A DNA stretch of 64,000 nt from the human T2T-CHM13v2.0 reference genome, Homo sapiens. Each line of letters begins with the position of its first letter. The first letter of the stretch is position 1. The position numbers were made by a program, and so were the translations under genes. The notes under the pieces are model-generated. The model saw only the letters and a list, made by a program, of their open reading frames with translations, searched no databases and was not told the origin of the DNA. The DNA is taken from the NCBI RefSeq assembly GCF_009914755.1, contig NC_060938.1. One strand, written 5' to 3'. Positions 12,080 through 27,726 of the stretch are shown here, one piece after another.

Positions 12080-12252
12080 CTTACGTCACTGATTCTATTT
12101 TTTTCACATTTTAACATCTCTGACTTTGGAGTGCATCTTACAATCACTGTCATCCAATGATCCCATAACTGGCAGTGATGTTTTCTTTCTTGGTGCTTCA
12201 CAAAAGGATGGGGCATTCTTAAAATGGATGGGGTCTTAGATTCAATGACATC
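12080..12252. mobile_element. MER104-like TcMar non-autonomous DNA transposon
   Basis: tttttcacattttaacatctctga...gcatcttacaatc...tcttagattcaatga, matching the MER104 consensus as recalled. Confidence 0.7.
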
Positions 12253-13093
12253 TCACTTCTGATGTACAAAGTGATGCTACAGAAAAAAGAAAATCACCAT
12301 CATTGTCCATAGACATGTAAAGCTGGCAGTTATGACATAAGCCAGTCTTGACATCTCTCATGATTCCCAGGAAAACTAGACATTCTCTTTTTCTCTTGCC
12401 TTCATATTGAGCAGCTTTGATTTAAGATAATGTCTGAGCAGAGAAGCTTTGTTCAGCAGTGTCATTTGACCCAGATTGTATGTTTTTATAGCTTGAGCCA
12501 ATTAGTTAAAGTGACTTTGACTATAATAGGGACCTGTGACTTTCCTCAGTATTATTGCATTAGTCACCCTGGAACAGTTTCTGGCTTGTGTTTGTAAGCT
12601 GGCTCTGATTGTGCCTTTCTCATTCTGATATTTATATGATTTGTTGCTGTCCTATAAAATAATGACCTTTGAGTCCTTGAAAGTAAACCCTCTCTGATTC
12701 TGTTTATTTCAATAAGTCCTTGGCACTTGATGGCATAGTGTGAATCACCTTTACTGTCCTGATTGCTAATTGAAGTGGGTTGTTTTTCAGTATTTTAAAT
12801 CTATATTAATTAAATGAGCATTGGGCTGGGAGTAAGGAGACTCCTTAGAGTTGTACTCCCAACTCTGTTCCTGGGGAACAGGATAAACCTGGGAGGTCGC
12901 TTACTCTCCCCTGCTCTTGCCTGTACATGGGGAGATTGTTCTAGATCAGCTAGCTCTATACATCTGTGTTGGAATGGGCTAATGGTGCCAGTCACAGTGT
13001 ATGCTTAATTTGGGCTACGATTCCAGCCTCCATCACAAGTCTGGGCCTCAGTAAATGTACTAATTTATCTACAAAATAAAGTTTAATAAACAC

Positions 13094-13461
13094 TGATATG
13101 GTTTGACTGTGTCCCCACCCAAATCTCATCTTAACTGTAGCTCCCATAATCCCCACGTGTCATTCGAGGGACCCAGTGGGAGGTAACTGAATCATGGGAG
13201 TGGGTTTTTCCTGCGCTGTTTTCTCATGGTAGTTGAGTAAGTCTCACAAGATTTGATGGTTTTATAAAGAGCAGTTCCACTGTGCATGTTCTTTTGCCTT
13301 CTGTCATGTAAGTCATGCCTTTGCTCCTCCCTCGCCTTCCACCATGATTGTGAGGCCTCCTCATCCATGTGGAACTGTTAGTCCATTAAACCTCTTTTTC
13401 TTTATAAATTACCCAGTCTTGGGTGTGTCCTTACACAGCAGTGTGAGAACAGACTAATACA
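13094..13461 (+). mobile_element. THE1 solo LTR (ERVL-MaLR)
   Basis: TG...CA termini (tgatatggtttgactgtgtccccacccaaatctcatc ... gactaataca); perfect 5-bp TSD aacac at 13089-13093 and 13462-13466. Confidence 0.93.
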
Positions 13462-13836
13462 AACACTGACCATGAACTCCTTGGGGGCAAGACCACTATC
13501 TCATTGGTCTTTGTAACCTGTCTCCACACAGATACTACTGGTTAGAGACAGTATCCATACAATTCACTTCTGTATCTCAACTGCCCAGCAGAGTGTAAGT
13601 GCTTCATACATATCTGCTGAATGATCAATAATTGGAATATGGTACTCCAGCTACTGTTTCGTCTTAGCCGTCATGGAAACCACAGCTTTTCATTCTCTCC
13701 ACCCTTTGTATCATGATTCTTCCCTATCTTGTTTTTCTTGTTTTTCCTTCTCTATGTCTACTTTTGCTTTTATTTTCTTTTCATCTGTTTTTTGTCTCAT
13801 TAGTATGTCATGTTTCATTAGTATGTGTTCTAATCC

Positions 13837-14100
13837 CTTTTTTGTGGTAAAATATACATGACATAAAAGTTATCATTTTGCCATTTTTAAACATACATTT
13901 CAGTGGCATTAAGTACATTCACATTGTTGTGCAACCACCACCCCTGTCTCTAGAACTTTTTCATCATCCTAAACCGAAACCCTGTACCCATTAAACAGTA
14001 ACTTCCCATTTTTCCCGCTGGAAATCCTTGGTAATCTTTATTCTACTTTCTTCCCCTATGAGTTTGCCTGTTCTAGATATGTCATATAAGCGAATTCTCA
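13837..14100 (-). mobile_element. L1MB-like 3' end
   Basis: cagtggcattaagtacattcacattgttgtgcaaccacc...gtacccattaaacagtaact. Confidence 0.8.
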
Positions 14101-16196
14101 TCCTTTTTTGTGTTTTGGAGTATTTTCCTGGTCGTTGTGCCCCTTCTTTTAGTCTGCATGTCCTTTTTGTTGCTGTTGTTTCTGAGCGCCGCCCCCACCC
14201 GACGATGGCTCATTTTCTCTATCCTCCTATGCACCCTCAGCTGCCATCAACTGTGTAGCATTTCCTTTACATCTCTCATTTCTTATATCCATATATAATC
14301 TTTACATTTTTAATTCAATCTTTTGAAAAGTGTTGTGTTTCATTTAAATGTGTTATAAAATGTTTAAGGAAAGAAATATGACTCTAAAATGTTTTGAAAG
14401 CAGGTTTCTGTAAAGGGCTAGCTCCTAAAATGACAGCACTCAAAGAAGGCACTGAGTAGAGAAGGAATGGGAGTTGATGTTGTTAGAAGGGGTTTTGCCA
14501 GAGAAACCATTTCCTGCTTGAAAACCACTGTAAGTTTGTTGAATAACCTAAGCATTCTTGGGCTTTTTCCATCTGATCATGGCCAAAAAAAAAAAAAAAA
14601 AAATCGCAAGGAGAGGAAAACCAGTTTCCTCAGGGACAAAAGGTAGGAAGGAGTCCTAGAGTTTAGTGACATAGGCACAATGATTCCTTCTTTCTGAGAA
14701 GGGGCAAGTTAAGCACTCTAATTATTGATGTTCAATAACAACTTCTCCCTGAAATCCGAACTGTTCAGAGCAGGGTGAAAGTGAATATTTCAGGGAAGTT
14801 CTGGATAATGCAAGCAACAACCCCGTAAACACACAAACCTAAGTACATAGAGATAGATATTATTATAGAATAATAAATACTCATTTCATAAAATCTGGAA
14901 AATAAAGTAAAAATTAAAATCACCCCAAATTCCTGCCATCTTTTTGCTTGCATTCTCATATATTTCTTTCTATGCCCAAGGAAGGACCGTGAAATATGTT
15001 GCAGGAGAGACCCTGACAGAAAGCTAAAGATTTCTAAGTGAATTACAATGACCACATCTAGATTCCGTTTAGGCCATGCTATATAAGCAACAGTGGGTGT
15101 TTTAAAGTACATGGTCATAGACAACAGATCCTCTTTAAAATAGGGAAAATAAAGGTGCTTATCTCAAAGAGTGCTGCGACAACTAAATTAAATGTATATG
15201 TAAATCACCTGGCATTAATCCTAATCCCCCTCTACCTCAAAGCTGGTATACACAAAATAAAATGGTTATTGAGAAAGTCTAGCCAGTCACCCAGCTTTGA
15301 GGTTTAAAATTATAATGGTTGCAATTTTTGGAATACCTGCTTTTGTAATGGGTTTTTTTTTTTTAAGTGAGTACCCAATACATGTTGATTCATGCTTTTC
15401 CAGTTTTGCAGGCCTGGGGAAAACACAGGTCTTTGGCACACGCAACGCCAAACCAGCAGCTGCTGACTTGCAAACTCAAGCTACGATGTGGTTATAAGAA
15501 TAGCGTTCCTGTTCTTTTCATTCTTCTTCTTCCCCTTATTTCCTTAATGTGCCTGGGTTCTTGTTTTGTCTATTTTGTTGTCACTTTGTCTGTGTAATTT
15601 TTATGTATTTTTCTCATCCCTTAGTCCTTTGTCTTTATCTTGTCCGTCTTCTCTAGTTTCTTTCTTGCTACCCTACATCTTTCTTTTTCATCATTTTTAT
15701 TCCTTGCCTAATTCTCCTTTTTTGCATTTACATTTTCTCATGTTCACATTTATTCTGTACCATTTTCTAGTAAAACCAGTGACTGTAAACTTTTCTTACT
15801 ATCTTATAGTCAGGTTCGTGACACCTATCCATTTCTGAAATTTATCAGCCTAGAAATCTGTTATCCAAAATCATGTTGATGATAGCATAAACTGAAGTAT
15901 TAGCTCACACCTGAATTTCAAGAACAAGGTAGTAACGTGTGTATACATAGATTATTTTTCCAGTATTAATCAGATTCACATTTGATATGGTATCACAGTG
16001 CCAGGTACCTCAGAAGCGCTCAACAAATGTTTCCTGGTCAAATTTAACTTACATTTATCAAACTTTACCTCCACGTGGATTTATTTGATTGTACAACCTC
16101 CCGAAGTTAGGCAAGTCACATAATATTACGCCCTTCGTAGGGAAAAGGGAATGGTTGTTGAGGAGATGCATAACTCACACAAGGCTGTAAAGCTGC

Positions 16197-16473
<277 letters not shown>

Positions 16474-19400
16474 GTAGAGCTATCCCCAGTTGCTAAGCCT
16501 GGCCTATGACACAAACTTCCCAATTCCGTGGCATATGTCCAACTCCCATGGACACTGCTGCTCTCCATATCTGTGGTCATCATCCTGTCCAGTGGTACCC
16601 CTGTTGTTATTCCAGGATGGGATTTGCTGCTCTGGGACCCAGCAGATTATCGAGCATTGCAATTCTTTCCTGTTCCTTGATCCACCCAGTAAGCCTAAAA
16701 ACAGATGTCAGAAATAGCTGTGGAGATATTAGCAATACCAACTACAACCATGAAAGCTTACATTTACTTGGTGTTTATCACGTGCCAAGCTAAGTGATTT
16801 ACATGGATTAGTTCATATATTCCACTGTAAATGTTTACTCAAAGCAAATACATTAGAGCTTTCTAAATACAATATATTTTCTAAATACATATGCTATATA
16901 TGCCTTACCAAACAGTGCCAAAACTGTCTAACAGAGAAAATATATCCACACATTTAAAGAGAAAAGAAGCGGAGTCTTAAGGAGATTAAAACAAAATGGA
17001 AGTTGAACCAACAAACCTGGTTCCAAGCCCTTTCCTTCTCTTCAACGAGTCACCAGCCTGTACCATTTGCCTTTCTGATGGACTAGTCTCAAACTCACAC
17101 TGAGCTAGTGACATTAGGGAAGTGAACCGTCATATGGTAAAGATTGTCTTGCTCTTTGTCCTCAATGCTAAAGGTCTTCTTTCCATAGAAAGGCACTCTT
17201 TCTTCTCAAGGTATTTGCAAAACCTCCTCGTAAGACCCCTCCTTGTTGCCTGTGTTAATTGTCGGGGCATCATTGGCAGATAATAACAGAATTTGGGAGT
17301 TTTATAATAAGAAAATAAAGAGATTTCATGTCTAAAAAAAAGAAAAGCTAGTGTAGAAATTACATTAAGAGGAACAAATCTCATTGCCAAATATAAGTTC
17401 CAAAGAAGATAGTCATTACAATAATAATATTGTTATTACCAATAAAAGAGAAAAAAAGCTTAGTTGTAAGTTCATCGAAAACTTTCCCTTTTGTGCTGAG
17501 TGATTCTTCTCTAGAGCCTCCCAGGAGTACAAGGCTATAATTTTAATTATATCTTGGCATTCTCATAAAGCAAACAGCCTGCTCAGGTAGTATTTATTAC
17601 CTGTTAGGAAGAATACTTATGAATATGCTTCACAGATTCCAACTGCGGTGATCAGCAATGGGCCTTTTCAAGGACAGAGGGGTGAGTTGGAACACACATA
17701 AGAGAAAAGTTGCTCATTAAGGGAAGGTTTGTTATCCAGGAACGTATAATTAAGGTGACGGTCCCAGCTTCTGTGACAGCCAACACTTGGGTAGTTGTTT
17801 GATTGCTACGTGGGTCAGGGATCAGCTCCTGCTACAAGATGTAGCCACATTAGTGTGTTAGTGAACAGGTTAGAAAGTAAATTACAGCTGCCTTTCTCAA
17901 GCACATTACTGTCAGTCTTCATTGTATTGTTTTTACTGTACATCAGCAGGACTGTGGCTTCTGAAGACTTTGTGTGACAGGTTAGGCATTTTATCCTTTG
18001 AGTAAACAGTAATCATGGTGTGAAGAAAGTGGGGCATTGGAGAATTTTTCCTATTCTTTGAGAATTCCACTCTTCCTTTTTAGTTTGCTCCAAGGGCTCA
18101 TTGGGGATACATATATTAAGCCCTTTAAATAGTTCATAATAAATCTTTGTCTCAGGCTGATTCTGACAGTTTTTTAAAGAGTCTTTTAAGAGAGAATCCT
18201 CAATCATTTGTTAATCCATGGGGTGATCTTCAGACTTCAGGAAAAAAAATAACAGCCTGGGCTCTTGGGTAGTGAAAATACAATGTAGGGAAGAAAATAT
18301 ATAAATATGGAAAATCCTGCGATTACATGTTCTGCATGTATCTAAATGCTTCTTTCTTCCCCAACAAGCCAAAAATGAAGTAGAAAATAATTGTCAAAAT
18401 AGCAGGAATTTCTATTGTTATTTTTATATTTTTGAACTTACATGCGTCTCCTAAAATGTTAGACTTCAAATCATATAAGAGAGAATACTCTTTTTTAAAG
18501 TAAGTGAATTCTTTTGGTGGAAAGATAATTTCTTTTCTTCCTTTCTTTCACCTTTAAGACCACCTCTGTCTTCCCCTAAATTACTTACATACACACTGCT
18601 ATCTTACCTGGTCGGGGAGAGGTATTCTGTTAGAGAAAAGGTTGTAGATATTGGTTGTTGGCGTCAACAACAAAAAAACTTTGAAGGGCAAGACATAGCT
18701 TTCAGAATAAGGGCCTTTTTAGGTTGGGTTTACATATTTTACTTTCAGCTTTAGATATGGGCTAGTTGGTCAATTATATTAGATGTTCATAATTTAAAGA
18801 CTATGACTTGTGATTTTAGCATGCGTAATTTTAACACCCCAAAAAAATCACATAAAACACTTACCAGAAGAGACTAAAAGCAATATTGTCTCCCATGCAG
18901 ACAGTTAACATTAGTAGTAATCATAATACCTGTGTATTATTTGCACAATGAATCGAAAATATTTTAAAGGGAAGAAAAGTGTGCTCTATGTCAAGTATTT
19001 TATGTGTAAATCATTGACTATTTCAAGAAAATTTATTTAGGTTTCATTTTGCTTGTAACTGAAACGATTAAGAAGGAAACTAAAGAATGCAGGTCATAGA
19101 TTTGAGTAAAACATGAGGATAAGCACTACGTATATGATCTGAACCTTTACGTCATTTCCAAAATGCAGCTTCTCAAGCTATTGAAAAATACGGAGAACTT
19201 TACTAATGACATGCAAATGGAATTTGTTAGGGATAAATGCAATAATAAAATGGAGAAATGGGCAAAGGACAGCCTACTGATACTGATGGATTCATTCTCA
19301 CGTCAGGTCGAATAATTGAAGACCCCAGAACAAGGGCAACCATAAATACCTGGAGTCCCTGCTGTTGAGAGGATTAACCACAAAACAATTATGACAAATG

Positions 19401-20681
19401 CAGTGGGAGCATTCAGCTCCCAGGCAACAGGAATGTGTCATGCCAGTTTTAAAAATACTTATTTGGCATTATAGAATATACCATTTAGACCCAGAAGCCA
19501 TCCAACATAACATCGAAGTGTTCATGGTAAAAACATCAAGTATGTCATTGGAAAGCTATATTTGAAGAGATCACTTTGTTTCATGAAGCAAGAAAAAGGG
19601 AAATAATTAATATCAACAAATTTGTTTTGCCCATGGTTTGAGAAAACGCTGCTTCAACCCCATTTTCCCCACCACCATCAGCAATATCCTTTATCTTTTT
19701 TAACTTAAGGAAAGGGGGGGTAATTCTAGGGCAAGAATAACTGCAAGCTATATAAATGGATTTTTTTAATGACTGCTTTTTTATCCCCTCCACTTGGGAA
19801 GATTATTCATAACCTTGAAGAAAATATACAAATGACCTAATGTCGAGTTCAGATATGGAAATGATGCCTACACATATAGTAGCTGACCAAGGTTATAATG
19901 ATGAAGCCTTGTTTTAAGGCAGAGCTACTTCTTGCAAAAGATTAGATGACTTTGTTTAGGTATTAAGATGGAGCAGTGGTCATTGAAACTTATTAGGATC
20001 ATGAGAGAAAGGAAAATTAGCTTAATTAAAGATGTCAAAAATAGAGATTCATTAGCAAAATAACAGATATAGATAATTATTGGGTTATCTCTCATTTCTG
20101 GCTTCTCTAAATTATTACAAAGTATAAATAATGTTACTAAGAATATTCTCCAATAAATAACCCTCAATTCTTTATTGATGATGGATTTAATATGGTACTT
20201 CTAACTAAAAACATTTGAAAAATAACCATTTCAAGATGTGCTGGAATTGAGCCATAATAAAACCAACAAATCCTAGCTGCCCAGTCAAATTTCTCCTATG
20301 TGAAAAAAATTAATTAACAGAAGATACTGATTCAGGAGATATTGTGGAGACCTGCCAACCTGAGACTCCTTCTATCTCCAGAATATACACATTCACACGG
20401 GAAAATTAAAATTGGCCATTGTGTCAGACCCCATACCTAAGATGGCAAATTTGAAAAAGCCACATCATCACACCAGATTTTACTTGAATTCTCAATAATT
20501 GCTTAGTTCTGTAGTACCTTCCAGTGACAAAGCTCCAGTCACTCAGCATTCACTCCATTAAAGAAATGTATCTTGGGCCAATCTTCTAAACTCTTCCATT
20601 TGTCATCCCTGTTAAGCATAAGACTGCACTCATGCAAAACCCTTCCTCTGTGTCACATTAAATCTTTATTCTTCTAGGAAA

Positions 20682-20825
20682 AGGGCTGCCGGATTTACCA
20701 AATATAGGATTCCCCATTCAATTTGGAATTTATATGCAATATTTGGATCATACTAAAAAAATCATTTGTTGTTTACCTGAAATTCAAATGTAATGGGGCA
20801 TCCTGTATTTTATTCAGCAAGGTTA
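20682..20825. mobile_element. MER53-like hAT element
   Basis: agggctgccggatttaccaaat...gcaatatttgg...tgttgtttacctgaaattcaaatgtaatggggcatcctgtattttatt. Confidence 0.6.
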
Positions 20826-21389
20826 ATTGGGAGTAAACTCTCCTTAGCCACTAACTTTTCTACAAGCCTCACGTCTGCCTCTTCACCCTCACTGAGACCT
20901 TTCTTTCTTGGAAGCCACTACTCTCTAACCCTCTCCAGTGCAACTGTCCAGTTCGGAGTCCTATGTCCCTGAATGTCCCTATATGAAGGAGAAGTGGTCA
21001 CCATGCACTGCTTCTGCTGCCACTTCCACACCATTTCCCTAGGATCTTTGCTTCAATACTTCCTCTCAAAAAAAAAAAAGAAAAGAAAAGAAAAAAGAAA
21101 AGCATTCTTTCTCTGTTCTTAATGCCATTGTCTATCAACACTCACATCACTCCCTGAACTTCCTTCAAGATGTCAGCTCATGCTCCACAGCCTTCCTGTG
21201 TACCCCTCAGCTCAAGGAGGCAAACGGATGTCAGAATGAGAGTTTCCATGAAGGGTAACCATTCAACACAAAGTTCCTTGACTGCCAAAACTTAAAAATA
21301 TATATATCCATTTTTTTACCTTATCTTTAGCACGCGTAGCACGATCAAACCTTGGGCTTTAACCAGGCTTCATTTTCAAAATCTCAAAT

Positions 21390-22430
<1,041 letters not shown>

Positions 22431-22503
22431 ATTTGCAGCCAAGGCCCCTAGAACCCCAACATCCATTTATTCCCCTAACAGTGTCTAATAAAAGTATGGT
22501 TAT

Positions 22504-22639
22504 TACCTAATGTAAATGACGAGTTAATGGGTGCAGCATACCAACATAGCACATGTATACTTATGTAACAAACCTGCACGTTGGGCACATATACCCTAGA
22601 ACTTGAAGTATAATAAAAAATAAATAAATAAATATAAAA
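22504..22639 (+). mobile_element. 5'-truncated L1PA 3' end with a perfect 21-bp flanking direct repeat
   Basis: tacctaatgtaaatgacgagttaatgggtgcagca...gaacttgaagtataataaaaaa; repeat aataaaagtatggttattacc at 22487-22507 and 22640-22660 (last bases shared with L1). Confidence 0.93.
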
Positions 22640-25600
22640 AATAAAAGTATGGTTATTACCACATAGTAAGCTATGACTTTTTAACATTAAAAGATTAGGC
22701 AGACACAGGTTTTATCCCAATTTTGAAATAAATTTATCAATAAATGGTAAATAAGATTGCGAGAAGACACATTGGGGTTACTAGTGACTATAGCTGAGTG
22801 ATAACATTATGGGGATTTTTTTAAATTTTCCTATTTATACTTCATGTTTTCAAAATTTTCTCTGGACATATCTATTTATATAAACTTTTTTAAAGCAGTA
22901 AACAATATTCTCAGAATTCACCCTCTGAACAAAGCCCCTACTGCCTACCTCTCTCATGTCACCATACTCCTGTCCTGCCATCCTTTGCTAGTCTCCAGCT
23001 CATCATGTCATCAGTTTTCACTTGCCTCTTAACCCTTTGGAATCCCTCACCCTGTTGCCTTTCATTGCCACTGTCCTGGCTCCCATCTCTAGAAATTTAA
23101 GCCAGGCAACTTCTAGCTACTAAATAATCTTAGTGCTTATTTTCTATCAATCCCAGGTGGTTTCCCTACACAGGCTGTTTCATGGCTTTCTTTGATCGCA
23201 AAACCCTGTCCTTCTTCCACTTCCTTTATCTTAGCAAACAACTTTATTGAAATTTATTTACTTTATTGAAGATAAGTTGTTCAGAACCATTTCTGTCACA
23301 CTCCTGTCTCTCTCCCTCCACCTCCCACTTTCTCTTATTCTTCCTCTTTATTTCCCCCATTTCAAAGGCTCACCTCTCCTTCTCTGTTCCTCATTCAATA
23401 TCCATTAGGGTTTAAATTCTTTAATTAGCATTTCCAACTCTAAGCTCTGGCCTCTCCATCAGTAAACATAGTCAAGTCTCTATTTTCACCCCCAAAATTC
23501 TCCAAAGAGAAATGTATCATTTATTCACTGTATCCTTATCCCACTTTTTGACTGAAGCTGCTTTCTCTGGAGATCTCTAAAGACTTGCCAATACCAGTGG
23601 GTACATCTGAGAGCATTGGACACACTGATCAATCATGCCCATTAAATATTTCCTTGGTGGCCTATATGTCAAGTCATACACTGAAGGCAAATCACTCAAT
23701 CTTGGACAAAAATTCAAAAGATAACTTCTCTAGAATTTCATAGTCACTGCTGCATAGCTGTCCAAATAATAGCTTTCTGTAAAGCCTTTTACCAATCTGG
23801 AGCCATAAATTTACCATAAGAATCATGAGCACGGAGATGGGCGTGATTCCTTCACCCAGACGTCCATGACTTGGTCTCCTCTGAGACGCCACCATGTCAG
23901 AGAGGCCCTTGTGACCACCCAACCAAAATGTGGCTCCCATCACTCTCTAGTCTCTTACTCTGTGTTATTCTTTATAGCATTCATCACCACCTGAAATTAT
24001 TGTATTTATTTTTGCTCCTCCTCTAAAAGGTAAGCACTGTTATGAATGGTCCCAGACCACTAGTTACTCAGTAACTGAACAAATAACTGAACAAAGAAAA
24101 AGTGAGCTATAGTAAAACATTTGATGTGTGCTTACATGGGTTTAATCACAACATTGTCTTCTAGGGTCATGTGCTGAGTGAGGGCAAGAAGTTCCAGGGA
24201 TAGCCAGAAGAACAACCTTTAAAATAGTAGAAGGTGCACGCTCAGTCCACATGCCTGCACGTGGAGAGTGACACTTGCGTACCAATGGTTTGAATCACTG
24301 CCTGATTTTTCACCCTGTGCTGTAGAGCAGTTCCTCATCACACGGTATTGTAGTTAGTAATAGAGCTTTAAAGCAAGGAAAAGGCAGAATGCATGTGTGT
24401 GTGTTTGCAAGTGCCTCTGTAACCAGACTCCTCTATCTAACTCCGTTTTAAAATACCGTATGTGGGCAACATCTGTGCCTGAGATGGAGATTTGGCCAGA
24501 ATGTTAAAAAAATAAACATGGCGGTTCAGCTGGATACTGGCAACCAGCTACCACCCCATGGATAGGCCGCAGAGAAGATTCATGTATATAAAATAGTATA
24601 TTAAAGTAAACTTACAAAAGCAAAGAGCAATCATTGCAACCATAATTTTTTCTTCCTCTTTGGGATTCTAATTTTAAAAGCATTAAAGGAGACAGCTGCT
24701 CATGCTGTGATATGCGCTAAACAGCCTGAAGGATAGAAAAAAATATATTTGTAGCTCATAATAACTATTGACCTTTCTGATATACAATGTTCTCTGTGTT
24801 AGCTATTCGGTTCTATCAACAGTGAAGATTGAACATGACTTTTTAATAGAAAACATGGGGTTTCGAGCTGCCTTCACAAAGGTGTTTATGTATTGTTATT
24901 TTGTATTGTAGTACAAAGACTAAGTCCTGATGCCCTTTGTCTGACATGATGTTTGTCATTAAAAAAAAAGAGAAAAGAAAAAGAAAAAGAAGGAAGGAAA
25001 TAAAAGAAATAGAAAGGGGGGAAAGCCCTCAATGTTATTGACTGTGTTTTTATATGAAGAATTGGCTCATAACCACTTTATAGTTGTGATAAAAGCATTG
25101 CCACACTCGATCCCATATGCAATATTGGCAACGGAATCCACGCAGCATCGCAGGAGGACATGCTATATTTTTCTCCCAGAATAGATCCCTCAAGTGGCAA
25201 CATTTATAGGGAGTTTCCAATAAGATTTAAAACACTCACTTGCAGTATTCATGTGGCACATCCTTTGGAGTGCACAGCCTGCTGCAGAATGGGTCATATT
25301 GGATACCATGTACTCTCAAAGGCGATCTTTATGATACTCAGTTTTTCCCCCTTGAACTTTCCCGTTGCTTAGTAGTTGTGTATAGAAACACCCACTGGTA
25401 GCAGCTTGACTCTGACACTGTGTATATTTCCCCAGAGTGGTATCATCCAAACACCAACTGCAGAGCAGCAGGCAGCCAGCAAACACTCTCTTCTCCCTCA
25501 GGGGACAGTCTCACCAAGTAGTAACCCCTGCCAGGAGCAAGAAACCTGAAAGGCAACCTCATGCATTACAATTCTCATTCGAGACAGGCCAGATAGTCCC

Positions 25601-26719
25601 AGGGAGTTTATGGTGACAGGTGGCATTGGTTGGCAGACTATTATTTTCATATTTTAGGTGGGTTATTTTTAACGTTACTGTTAAAGAAGGTTATTACATC
25701 ATTATTGAATCACAATTATTTTCACAGCTATGCTCTAGAGTTTCAGTTAATGATTCACAAGTTTCTAAACAATGCTGAAGACTCACAACTGGGTAGGGAC
25801 AGGAATCAGCCCTAAGGAGATTTAAATATATCAGACACTTTTGTTGGACTCCAGAGCAAGCATTGAAGCTGATAAAGTCTGACTGCTGAGCCAAAGTATA
25901 GTGGCTGCAACTGCATAGTCTGCAAAGGGTGGTACAACTTGTGACTGCAGAAAATGGAAGGCACTGCCTCGCCACCAGTAGTCAAGGATCACACTCTAGT
26001 ATACTAAAAGCCGTTACCCGCTTCAGAATTGCCCTGGCACATGGTAGAAGACAGGCCAGTGGGATGAAAACCAACTCTCAAAAGACAGAGAACAAAGTAT
26101 TCTCTAATTCTGGGAGAAATCAGGCCAACCCCCCTTTAACTACCAAACCCACTGGCCTAGAACTCTCAAAAGAACACTTTGCAGAAAACACTTCCTTAGA
26201 GATGAATACAAGGAGAGGATTTAATGATCCCCTCCTTCAAGAGAAAAAGCCTTCTTGGGACATGATATTGTTTGGTGTGTGAGAGAGTGACAGGGATAGA
26301 GTGAAGAATTCTTCTTAGAAGAAAGTATCTGAATGTCACTTTATTTTGACACGTGTAACTGAATGCCTACTTATATAAAGCACAATCCTAGGCACAAGGA
26401 AGACTGGAGAACAGGAAAGAGAGACAACAAAAAACAAGTTAAGACATCATTCCTTTCTTTCAATATCTTTCTTACAGTCTTGTACATGGCACTATCGATG
26501 ACATCTTTTGCAAATTTCCCATTTTAAAAAAGTCAATTGGGCATTTACTTTTGAAAATATAGACCCTACTTATAAAAGTCAATATTTCAGGTAGTGTGCC
26601 CTACACATGTAAATTCAACCAGTTATGGACACGCTGGGCCACATAGTTTTATCCATGAACATGATCGTCACGTATCCAAAAAAGGCTATGATTTTTCCAA
26701 AAAGAGGTTCTACATTAAT

Positions 26720-27231
26720 GCTATATGAGTTGTCTGGTATTGGATAACAAATTACCCCCAAATATTGACGGCTTTAAAAAAGCAAAGATATCTCGCATAG
26801 TTCCTTCAGGTTAGCGATCTAGGAGCAGCTGATCTGTGTAGCTCTGGCTCAGGGTCTCTCATGAGGTTGCAATTGAGATGGCAGCCGGAGCACAGTCATC
26901 TGAAGGCTCACCTAAAGCTGGATGATCCAGCTCTAAAATCACTGAAGTGACTGTTAGTAGGAAGCCTCAGTTCCTTGTTACATTGGCCCTTCCATAAGAC
27001 TGACTGCCTAAGTGTCGTCCCAACGTGGCAACTGGTTTCCATCAGAGTGAATGACCCAAGAGAGCAAGGAGGGAGCTGCTGTGCTAATCACACACCATCG
27101 ATTCCACCATATGCTCATTATTAAAAGCAGGTCACCAAGTTTAGCCCACACCAACTCGAGGGGAGAAGTAGTAGCTCCACCTTTTAGAAGGAGGAGTTTT
27201 GAAGAATTTGTAGCATTTTAAAACTACCACA
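26720..27231 (-). mobile_element. MLT1 (F/G/H-like) LTR
   Basis: taacaaattacccc...ctctggctcagggtctctcatgaggttgca...gtcatctgaaggct...gcctcagttcctt...aaaactaccaca. Confidence 0.8.
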
Positions 27232-27726
27232 GATGTCATCCTGGATAAACATAAAATCCTCTGGGATAATTTCTATGAGAAAGATTTATTTTTACCATGC
27301 TTGTCCTGCTTTTCGGAAACTAGGTTGGGAAGATCTTATTAAATTCACTATTTAGTGAATGTTAGTTACTATATATATACAGACATACACACATATATAA
27401 ATAGACATATAATAATAATATACCCAGAATAAAGATTCTATCAATATATAGATGCAGATATCTGGATACCTGTATAAAAGGAGCCACACTAAGTGCTATA
27501 CAGCATCAAAGTTAGACTCATCTTAGCCCTGCTGCCCTCAAATATCTAGCAAAAGAGATTAAATGGAGATAAAATAAGTACATAAATAACTGTAAGAACA
27601 GTATATTGGCAACCTCATGACCTTTGGAGTCCGACAAACATTTGTCATATTCTTGCTCTGCCCCTAGCTGGGAGAACTTGGAAACATAAATGACTCAAAG
27701 AATAAATAATAAAGATTTTGTATTTG

